A stretch of 64,000 nt of DNA, taken from Cenarchaeum sp. GTDB taxonomy: Archaea > Thermoproteota > Nitrososphaeria > Nitrososphaerales > Nitrosopumilaceae. The stretch covers positions 704,001 to 768,000 of the forward strand of contig OY843768.1 in the NCBI GenBank assembly GCA_963693095.2, given 5' to 3'. The position numbers were made by a program, and so were the translations under genes. Positions 51,466 to 61,900 of this stretch are shown here, piece after piece. A model generated the notes under the pieces. The model searched no databases, was not told the origin of the DNA, and saw only the letters and a list, made by a program, of their open reading frames with translations. Numbering within the stretch: the first letter of the stretch is position 1; each line of letters starts with the position of its first letter.

Positions 51466-51537
51466 TAGGGGTGTATGGAGGGCCTGAATGGGCAGCGCCA
51501 CGGCTTTTCGCATTAAACAGCCCACTTGCGGGATCGT

Positions 51538-52602
51538 TCATGGGCAATGCCCTGTGGTCAAGTCTATGCAGGTGGCGCCTGCGTCATAGTGCATCTGTAT
51601 CCTCGAGAGCAGCCAGAGTGCGGCGCTGCCGGGATGGTGTTTTCTGAGCGTGACGAGGATCGCGGGGGAGTCTTCGTGTCTGGTCGAGATTGCGGTGCTC
51701 AGGTACGTTCCGCTGCCCCCGTCAAAGATCGGAACATAGTGGCACGTGTCTCCCTGCCTGAGGTGCCTCTCTAGCATGCGAGGAAACCTGGGATTCCCAT
51801 ACACAATGTCCACAAACCGCTGCACGTCCTCGATCCTTTTTGAGAGCAGAATCGTGACCCCGCCACCGACGTCGACGAGGTCCGGGCCCATGCGGCAGCC
51901 CGTGCTGCACTCCTCGACCCTGGTGGCCATCCTTGCGTACCTCTCCCTGATCATGCCGGCGAGGCGCAGGTGTGCCTCCACGCACGTCCCGTCCCTTGCG
52001 GCGATCCACCCATCGCAGTCGGCGTCGATCTCCACGTGGCCGGAGCCGTTGGCCCCTGCTCCCCTCGCGCGCACTGTTCCCAGGACCGTGCGGCCGCCCA
52101 CCATGCGCGTGGCCTGGCGGCCCGCCCGCGCCGTTCCGTTGAGGCCGTTCGCGTCGCCGCGCCACCCGTTGACGCACGCACTGAGCGCGCGCGGCCCTAT
52201 CCAGGCACGGTTGACCTGCGTCGTGTGGACGAGGAGCGCCATCGCCCTGTTGGCTATCCTGTCAGTGGCCAGCGTGTGCACAAGGCAAAACCTCCCCATG
52301 CGCCGATCCAGGTACAGCTTGCAGTCCGGCACGAGCTTTTGGCAGGCGCGGCTCCCTGGCGGCAGCTCCCCGACGTCGCGGGGAACCAGCGTGGAGACGC
52401 CGGCCACTCCGGTCGGCGTCTCGGCCCACCGTATGTCCGGCAAGCGGCTTGCCGGGGCGTGACCGTACTCGAGGTCGGCGACGAACGTCTTTAGCCCCAT
52501 GGAGCCCGCAGTGTCCATGCCAACGCGCATCATGGCGCGCAGCGCCCCGTCAATCTCGGCGCCGGTGCGCACCGACTCGAGCCCCGCAATGACGGCCGTC
52601 AT
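51538..52602 (-). CDS. Hypothetical protein B2 (duplicate of B1; C-terminus supplied by the element end)
   Basis: Collinear with B1 at offset 2389; ends TTGHCP* versus TTGGCSG* in B1. Confidence 0.7.
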   Translation of the reverse strand: MTAVIAGLESVRTGAEIDGALRAMMRVGMDTAGSMGLKTFVADLEYGHAPASRLPDIRWAETPTGVAGVSTLVPRDVGELPPGSRACQKLVPDCKLYLDRRMGRFCLVHTLATDRIANRAMALLVHTTQVNRAWIGPRALSACVNGWRGDANGLNGTARAGRQATRMVGGRTVLGTVRARGAGANGSGHVEIDADCDGWIAARDGTCVEAHLRLAGMIRERYARMATRVEECSTGCRMGPDLVDVGGGVTILLSKRIEDVQRFVDIVYGNPRFPRMLERHLRQGDTCHYVPIFDGGSGTYLSTAISTRHEDSPAILVTLRKHHPGSAALWLLSRIQMHYDAGATCIDLTTGHCP

Positions 52603-52654
52603 GGCATGCGTCAGACCCCATGCCAAATATATCCATTCGTCGAGCGCGGGCTCT

Positions 52655-52740
52655 TGCCTTGCGCATAAAGTGGACACGGGAGCAAGATTGCCGGCAGGGC
52701 GCAGATCAGGGGACTCACTGAAGGCTAGCGAGTCCGGCAG
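52655..52740 (+). repeat. Partial copy c of the 179-bp repeat
   Basis: TGCCTTGCGCATAAAG...CAAGATTGCCGGCAGGGCGCAGATCAGG..TCACTGAAGGC aligns with 48149-48228. Confidence 0.65.
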
Positions 52741-52954
52741 GCTGCCGAAGCACACGTTTGTGGGCCTCCGGCGCTGCGCATCATCGATGCGCTCAAGCGG
52801 CGTCTTTGAGCGCCAAACGGCAAACGCGACTATGGCAAATAACGCAGACAGAATAAACTCGATCGTTGCGCCGTGCTAGGCAGAACCACCAGTCGCGAGA
52901 TCAGCAGGCTCTGATGTGCGATGATGCGCCATCTCACACGCGCATGCCGCGCAG

Positions 52955-55900
52955 CTATTCTGGGGGCGGCGCCGGATACATCTCTAGGAGCTCTAGCTCG
53001 GCGAGGTTTATCTCGTGGGCGATCTTTGCGCGGAGGCGATCGAGATACACCTGCTGATCCTCGGGCTCCGAGGAGACGACATGGGCAGGCGCGGCAGCCG
53101 GCGCGGTCGGCACAACTCCCATGGCATGCAGGTGCTCCCTGGCGATCGCGCGCTCGTATGCGATGAGCTCCGCAAAGCTGTCGGTGCCGCGCGCCCAGCC
53201 ATGCTGCGTCGCGCGTTCCTCGTCATACATTGACTCGTCGATCTCGTGGTATAGCGAGGCGAGGTTGCGCAGTGGCTCGTACGTGCCGGCCGGGGTGATG
53301 CGATAGACGCGGTACTCGTCGTCTAGCATGTACGTCACGTGGCGCGTGTCATAGTCGTACGTTCCGTCGCCGTCGGCATCGACATTGCTGGCGATGAGCG
53401 GGTAAAGCACGAGCGTCCCGTCGTTGACCTCGATGCCGTGGCTCGGGTTTAGCGACTCGCCGGTCACGTGGACGCCGTGGTTGAAAAAGTTCTGCCACGA
53501 GTTGCGCCTCTCGTCCCAGACGACTGTCGAGACGACGTCAAAGTCCAGGGGCTCGCGGAACGTGTGGTGTATCGTGACTATGCGGCACTCGGCGTCAGAG
53601 CCTGCCATGCACGCGCCAATCTCCGAGCTCGCGCGCAGCGTTTCTGCGTCTATCGTGTCGACTGCGCCGCCGACTGACGCCGTCGCGTTGCCGTTGCCGT
53701 ACGGCAGGCTCACCCTTATCTCGGCGCTCGACTCGCCAAAGTGCTGCCCGCGCCCCAGGCCAAAGGCCAGGCCGACGTGCCTGACGTTGAGCGGGCCCGT
53801 GTCCTCAAAGACCTTTATGATCGCGACGTTCTCGACTCCCGTCTCGACGGTTATGAGCGGCATTGGCGTGTAATAGTACTCGGCATCCACGGTCTCGCCG
53901 TTGTACGAGAACCCCTGGCTCACGCGCCTCGTCCCCGTGGAGTCGACTCCCAGCGTCGGCGGCGTGCAGTCATCACAGCCGTCCCCGCCGCCGCCGCTGA
54001 CTCCGGCCTGCGTGGCGCCAAAGCGCGTAAAGTGGTTTGTCCATATCACGAGATCCCCGCCGTCGCGCACGCGGCACTCCTCGAGCCTGATGGCGCCAGA
54101 GCCAATCTCTCCGGGCACCTCTGAGGCGTCACGCGATTCGCACTCGGGTATGGAGTGAACGGTGAGGCCGTCTGCGCCGGACAGCCAGAACGCATGGACC
54201 GCAGCGCCGGCACCGAGCAGCCTTATCGCCACAGGCCTGTCAAATGTCATCGGAGCCGCATCACCGCTCTTGCCGAACTCGACGAGCGTCGCCGGCGGCC
54301 TGGAGGCCAGGACCCTGGTCACTGCCTCGTTGGCCGCAGTCTCCTCCTCGTCTGCTCCAGTCGCTGCGACATACTCGGTGTCGCGCGCCGGGGGCGGGAG
54401 TCGCACGACGACGACGGACTCGTCAGCGTCGTCATCTCCAAAGTCCTCGACCACCGTCGCCTGGGGTAATGTGACAGTCGCCCCGTCCACGTTCACCGTT
54501 ATCGTTCCGGCTAGCGTGTCACTGGGCAGCTCACTCAGGACGATCGTCGTGCTCTCGCCCAGCTCGCCTCTCTCCCCTAGAGCCTTGATTGTGTACGTGC
54601 CTGTGGCAGGCACGGTGAAGAGCTCGGGCACGGTAATAGTGCCGCCAGTCTCGACTAGGGGCGCCGGTATGCTCGACACGGGAACAAGCGGGTTATCGGC
54701 CCTGTCAAACAGACCCGTTATAGAGAGTGTGAAGGGGCCATTTAGTACGCGCTGGTGCGTTTGTCTGATCGTGTGCACGGGAGCGTCGGCAGGTATGTTG
54801 GGCTCAAAGGTATGCCTCGGGCCAAAGAATTCCGCTGTGTCTGGGCCAACCGACAGTATCTCGGCTGCTGTGCCGTGCACAGGCTCGGTGTATATTGTTA
54901 GCTGATGCGTATTTCCCGGTGGGCGAAGCACGTGGAGGAGCTCTGGAGGCACGGTGTCTATGACGGCGTTGCCGCCTGACGTGATGTGCGATTGGGTCAG
55001 TTCCACGTCAGTCGCGGGGTTTGCCCCCGTTGCGCGTATGGCAAACTCTAATGGAGCGTTGTCGTCGGCGGCGTCCACCACGAACGAGTGTGACCACGTC
55101 CTGTCGTCGGTGTCGCCGTTGTTGCCCATCGCCGTCGGCGCGCTTGTCCTGTGCGTGCCCGGCACCGTTATCATCGGTGCCGGCGACGTCACGATGTCCT
55201 CGCTGAACGTGACGTCGAGTGTGATCCTGTCACCGACGTTGGCGTGCTGTGAGTTTGGCCCTGTCCTGTCTGTGAACGAGCCGCTAGCCTCGTTTGCGAC
55301 GGTCAGCGTGAGCGGGTACGCCGAGAGCGGCGCGTCATCCGCAATGTCGTTTGTTGCCGTGTTCGCCGCCAGGCCATTGGGTGCCGTAGACGCGTCAAGT
55401 ATGTCCGGCATCATGGAGGCGGGAACGTCATAGCCCAGCGCGGGCGGCGTGATGGTCGTGTCGCCTGTGCCCCAGCCGCTTGCGATCACGGTCGACTCGG
55501 CCAGCGTGAGCGTGAGCGTGCGCCCGACAAGCTCCGCGGTTCCAAAGTTTGTGCCCGCCGTGACGGCCGCGGCGAGCTCTGTTGCCGTGGGCAATGCCGG
55601 CGGGGTTGTCGTCGTCGCATAGTGGTACCAGCGCGAGGCGTCCGGCCCGCCTGCGGCTGCCGTGACGTCCTCGTCAAACGTGACCTCTATTGACCTGGGC
55701 GACACCGTCTTGGCCGTAAAGAGCGGCGGCAGGCCGTCAATTGCCGTCGTGCGCCCCGCGATGGGCGTGCCGTCAGAGGCCAAGAGCACCGGCATTGTCT
55801 GGCCCGAGACCGGCCTGTACGCAATGTGGGGGGTGGCATCAGAGGCCTGTGCGTCATACCCGATGTAGAACGTGAGCGGCTCGGTGTCGGTGCCAGAGCA

Positions 55901-58900
55901 GATGCTGGTAATGTCAAACGGCGGGGTTGACACCACCGTCGGGGCGCCGCCGCTCGTGCACACAACCGAGAACGCAGAGGCCTGCGTCCCGCCGGTTCCG
56001 TCACGCGCCGTGCCGACAAACCACTCGTCGAGGTTGATGTTGCCCGTGACCATGCTGGTGAACACGATCCTGACATAGGTCGAATCTGCCGCCCTGTGGG
56101 TCGTCGCCGTGTATGCGGCCGGCGGGATCACCTCCACATACTCTTGCGTCACCATCATGTTGGCCGCAAGCGAATTGGGCACCATGGCCTTGTCCGTGAC
56201 CTGGCCGACGCGGATCACATAGGTCTCTCCAACTGTCGCATCATCCCTGAGGGTCATGCGCACAAAGTGATCCGAGCCTGGCTGCGTGAGGCTGGCCACG
56301 CCAAGGTCAGGCGTGATGCCCCATCCGGCAGTCGTGGCTGGCAGCACGACATCCTCGGTGAACGTCACGTGCACGGTTGTGTGCGAGGTGAACGTGACTG
56401 TGTCTATGGAGGGCACGAGCCTGTCCGGAACGATCACCGATGAGCCGGTGGCCAGGGGGTTGCCGGCCCCGTCACTCAGGCCAGTGCCCATATACGTCAC
56501 AGTCGGCGCAAAGCTAGTGTCAACGTCCGCATCGGCGTACGCTATGTCCACTCGGTCGCGCGCCGAGTTGAGGGCCGCGCTCGTGACTGTGACTGCAGTC
56601 GTGCCCTCGGCGACTCCCCAGTCTGCTGAACCCACCGTTGCGCTTCTGGGCAGGTTCTCGGACAGCTTTACAGTCAGCGTCGTGGCCGACGTCGTCCCCG
56701 TGTCAGCGTCTGTGAGCATTGTGGGGGGCGTGCGGTCTATGCTGACGCGGTATCCGGCACCTGCTATGGAGCTGCCGTCAGCATTAGTCGCGCGAGTCGT
56801 CAGGTCAGCGTGCGTGAATGTTGCCGCGTTTCCCTCGGCGTCCCTCACTGTGATGCTGAACGTGACGTCGACCTCTGGCGAGCTGGCCGTCACGGTGTGC
56901 GAATAGTTGTACTGTAGTGGGGCAGAGTTATGTGGCCTGAACATGTGCGAGGCAGTCACCGGCGAGGCCGAGTCCGTAAAGAACATCGCGTCGCCAAGAG
57001 CCGCCACGTTATTGTTAGTGTTGTCATTATACAGTGGAATAAGCGTGTTGCCGACGTAGAGCGGCTCGGTGACTGTTACGTTAACCCACACATTATCGTT
57101 TAGGCGGGCAGGAGCCGCGAGGTCCATCTTGAACGTGCCCATCTCCTTCTTTGTCATGTGCAGCGAGTTTCCGGCTGCCAGTTCGGGCGGCGCGCCGTCA
57201 CTGGCCTCAGTCGAGTACGACAGCACGGCATTCACGCCATCCGTCAGGGTTCCGGCCACATACATGACAGACGGCGTGGCCGCCGTCGAGGAGAGCGGCC
57301 CGTGCGTGATGAGGAGCTCCGTAACGGCAGGGCTCGACGGTATGGACGGCGTGACTGCGTCACCTGCCCCTGCCGAGGTCTCCGGCGTTGCAGTCACCGT
57401 GCCGGAGGTGACCACAGTCGCCACGCTCAATGTCGTCAGCGCCACATTGCCTGCGTCACTGGCCGCGTCGTTCTCGGTGACCGTCCAGTTCCTCGTGTCA
57501 AGCGTGCCCCCAAGGCTGCCATCAAACGTGACCCTCGTTGTGGTCAGCGTCTGTGTCTCGGCCGTAAACGAGTCCGCAGGCGTGATCATGGACGACTCTT
57601 CTGCGCCCACCGCGTTGGCAGGCTCGGCCATGTCCGCTATATCATAGTCTGGAATCACCGTGTACTCCGTGCCAGCCACGATCGGCGAGCCGAGGGTGAG
57701 CGTGTACGTGAGCGGTGACGAGCGCACGGCGGACAGTACCTGTATCCCCACGGGGGTGACGGAGATGCTGCCTTCTTGTTCCACAACCCAGTCGTTGTCC
57801 GTGCCCTCGATGGCCGCGACGTACGGGCTGGACGTGCCCTCTGTGTTCTCCACAAACGTGACGGGCTCGGTGAACGTGACGTGCAGCGAGGTCTGCAGGG
57901 ATATCACGGCTGCCCTTATCTCCGGTGGCGCCGTGTCGGCGGCGACTGCCTGGCCTGTTGGCACAGGCGTGCTGCCGTAGTACAAGTCACCACTCGCCGA
58001 GCTGTATGTCACTTTTGGCGTCGAGGCCGTCGAGGCCAGGCCAACGTGAGTCAGGACGTACGAGCGGGCGAGCACCTCCATATCTTCAAAGATGCCAATT
58101 GCCGACGTGACTGCCATGACCATCCTGTCCGTGCCGTCCTCGCTCACTGTCCAGTCGTCGGCATCGAGTGTGCCGGTCGGGCGCGACGGAAATGTCACGG
58201 CGATGCTATCTGAGTCTAGCGTCCTTGCAGTAAAGACGGCCGGCGGGGCGTCCCCGTTTGCAGCTGACACCGAGCGCTCCGTGACTGCGTTGCCCTGCGC
58301 GTCGGCCAGTCCGGTCGACGGCAGGATGACCGTGTGCTCTATTCCATTAACGGCGTTGGAGGCCAGCGTGATGGTAAGCGTGTTTGTGCCAGTGTCGTAC
58401 GTCGGCGAGCCTGTCGTCTGCGGTACGGTGTCCGGAGCGTCACCATCATCGCTTCCATCAGGCATTGTGACTGTGTACGCCAGGCCGGCTATTGTCTCTG
58501 CGTTGGCCATCGACTCGCCAAAGTTGACTGTGATCATGTTATCCGCGCTAAACGAGGCAACGGGTGCTGGCGGCGTGCCGTCTGTGGCCTGAGGGGCGGG
58601 CATCGCATTAAGCGTTTTGTCCGCAAGATCCACGATCCCCGGCGGGGCACTATCGCCAGTCGGCACCGTATAGGCAACTACCGGCATGGCAGCAGTTGAG
58701 CCCGTGTCCGGGTGTGTCAGTGTGAGTGCGCCGTTGAGCTGGCTGCCAGCAGCCGAGGCGCCAAACCCGCCAACAGTCCATCCGGCAGCGCGCGAGCCGA
58801 CGGCGGGCAGGACGACGGCCTCGCTGAACGAGACGTCCGTCTCGGTTCGGCTCACAGTCTTTGCCGTGTACGTCGGCCGCACTGCGTCGACGGACTCGGC

Positions 58901-61900
58901 GGTGAAATGTGGCACGTTGAGCCCAAGTGGGTTAGCCACAAAGCCAATGCTAATGTTGTGCCTGACAGCCGGTGTGGATCCCGTCGAAGAGAGCGGCGCG
59001 TGCGTGATCGTCATCTCTGTTGCCGTGTTCGTACCTAGTGCAGCGATCAAAGCCTGCCCATGGAGTCGGCTCGCAGATTTGGTGCCTAGCACAATTGTCG
59101 TTACCTGTCTATCCTCGGATGTCATCGAATCACCGTCGTCGTCGTCAGTCACCACCCACTGTCCCACGTTGAGAATATCAGACGGTGCGCCAAAGAACGA
59201 CACAGTCGTGCTCGTCGGCGAGTTTGTCACTGCCGTGAATGGCGGCGCACGAGTCACAACACTCGTGGCCGTCAGGGCGTTGCCGGACGTGTCGGCCAGT
59301 CCGGAGGACGGCAGTGTCACCGTGTACTCATCGTAGCGTAACGCCGGGTCAGTCAACATGAGCTCCAGCGTGCGTGTCGCCGGATTGTACTCGTGCGATC
59401 CTGACAGCGTCACGGTTTCTGTAGGCCCAAGCACGCCAAAGTCGTTTGTCGAAGGCTTTTTGCTCGCCGTGTAGGTGAGGCCCGCTATCGTCTCCGGACT
59501 GGCAAGCTCCTCGCTAAAGGTCACTTTGATCACGCTCGACGTCCCAAATGACGCGCTCGCCGTGGGCCCGATGCCGTCGGTGAGGGGCACAGACGATCCG
59601 GTGCGCAGGACGACGAGTCCTGACGCGTCAACGACCCTGTTGGAGGCCGTGTCGGATCCCGTGTACAGCAGTGCCGTGCCGGCGCCCAAGTGGGTAAAGT
59701 CCAGTGCCTGCGTGCGCGTGAGCGTGATCGTGTTGGCGATGACAACGCCTGTGTCAAACGTTATGCCGCCGCCAATGGTCCACTCTGAGCCCGTGAGGGC
59801 AATATTGGTGTCGACAGACTTTGAGAGCGTCGCGCTCACCTGCGTTGGCGAGTCGAGTGTCGCCGAGACCAGCGTCATCGGGGTGCCGTCGACGACCGTT
59901 TTTGGCGGCGGTATCATGTCGATGCGATCAACCGGCATCAGTTCATCCAGCGTGAACGGGTCGCTGTCCATCGTGTCGCCGCCCGAGTCGGCCAGGGCCG
60001 TCTGTCCTGCCGGAAGCGTCGCGGGCTCCCTGAACAGGATGCCCGGCAGTGATGTCAACTTCGCGTCCAACATTGACGCGTGCCTTAGCGTGAACGCGGT
60101 CGCCGAGTCGAGCTCGACTGTCGGCGAGCGCAGCAGGTCGACTGTGCTGTGCTCGCCGGCCCTGACTGACTGGATCTCCAGGGTAACCGGACCGTCAGAC
60201 GTCGTGCCCTGGAGGCTCCAGTCAGCGGCGCGCAGCGTCCCGCTCACGGCCTCGTCAAGCCTGACTACTGTCGTGCGGTCGCCCGTCGAGAGCGCCACAG
60301 AGATCTCGGGGGCAGGCGAGTCAACGAGCGAGATCCCGCCACTCCCGCTGCTGCGGTTTGGCGGCGTGGCCCCATCCCCAAACTGAGTCGCCTCGGGATA
60401 GTATTCGGCGCTCTTGAGGCGCTGTGGCAGTGTCCCAACCACCTCGTTGGGGTTGGTCGGCGAGACCATGAGATTGGAGCCCCCAACAGAGCCTGCAACA
60501 GATCCACGTGAGAGGCGCTCGGTGTACACTTTGATAACGGAATCTGGAAGTATAGTGACGGGGGCATTGAATCTGGCGCTCACGGTCGTGCCATCACGGC
60601 TAACAGATGCGCTAATAGTGCCAATGCCAACCTTGTCGAGTGCGACGATCTCCCACACCCCGGCGCCCAGGTCCGTGCCGCCAAACACGAGACCCCCGGT
60701 GGCCGGTGAGGTGTACCTGATCGTCGGCGTCTCATCAGGACCCAAGACGTCACTAGAGGCAACTCTAAGGTCAAAGTCTTGCCTCTCAGTTAGCGTTTCC
60801 GTGGGGCCTCTAGGAGGTGTAAAGGGATTTCCAAGTTCCGTAACGGGTATCTCCCTTGTAGAATCAGGGAGGTTGATGATGGTGAACTCGGATGCGCGAA
60901 TCGTGCTGCCGGTTGCAGCGGACCTGAGAACTACTTTGTAGAAACCTTCGCCGATCTTTTCCACACGGTCGAACGGCGACATGTGCGTCAGTGTGCACGT
61001 GGCGCCGCACGTTGCGGGGTCAAATGGGGTGCCAGCGCTGTTCTCGAATGTCGGCGCGATGGTGTACGCGACGCCGTGGATCGCATTGGCGCTTAGCGTG
61101 GCCGTGACGATCATGGCGGTGGTACGCGCAACACTCGACACGGTGATCACGTCTGGCAGGGTGTCTGCGTCATGGGGAGTTAACGTGTTGTCAGGCGCCG
61201 TGACCCCAAGGTTGGACGTAGTGACGGTGGACATGTCGATGGTATCGTCAAACGTCATGCGAATCGTCTTTGAGCCCGTAAACTCTGCAGAGCTCAAAAC
61301 CAGCGGCGCCGTGTACGTCAGTTCGCACGTGGCGCCGCACGTTGTGGGGTCAAATGGGGTGCCGGGGCCGTTTGCGAATGTTGGCGCGATGGTGTAAACG
61401 ACGCCGGGGATCGCATTGGCGCTTAGCGTGGCCTCGATATTCCTGGCGGTAAGACGGTTAACACCCGACACGGTGATCTCGTCTGGCATGGTGTCTGCGT
61501 CATGGGGAGTTAACGTGTTGTCAGGCGCCGTGACCCCAAGGTTGGACGTAGTGACGGTGTCAGCGGCGATAGTGTCCACGAACTTCATGAGAATCGTCAT
61601 TGGGCCCGTAAACTCTGCTGATGACAGAACATTCGCGCGCACGAGCACGCTGGCAGTGTTGCCTGACGTGATATCTTGCCAATTTATCAGGTCTGCCCCC
61701 GATGTTGGGCTTGTGTTTGGGGCAGTTGCCGTGTCCGTGGCCACGATGGTAAAGGTGAGTGTGAAACCACCGGTGTCAGCGGCGTCTATAGTGAACGTGT
61801 GCGACCAGCTCCGGTCATTGCCGTCGGCGGTGTTGACCATGTCCACGGCCGTCGGCGTCCTGTGCGCTCCAGGGACCACTATCGTCGGCGCCGGCGATGT

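Larger units (their letters stand above)
50266..51551 (+). repeat. 179-bp MITE-like repeat, copy b, interrupted by IS630
   Basis: 95 bp to the left and 84 bp to the right of the IS630 insertion. Confidence 0.72.

Noticed and set aside
37413-51551. Integron attC cassette array
   Set aside because: The repeats lack GTTRRRY core sites and attC-type hairpins, no intact integrase is present, and they behave as transposon ends with a TSD.
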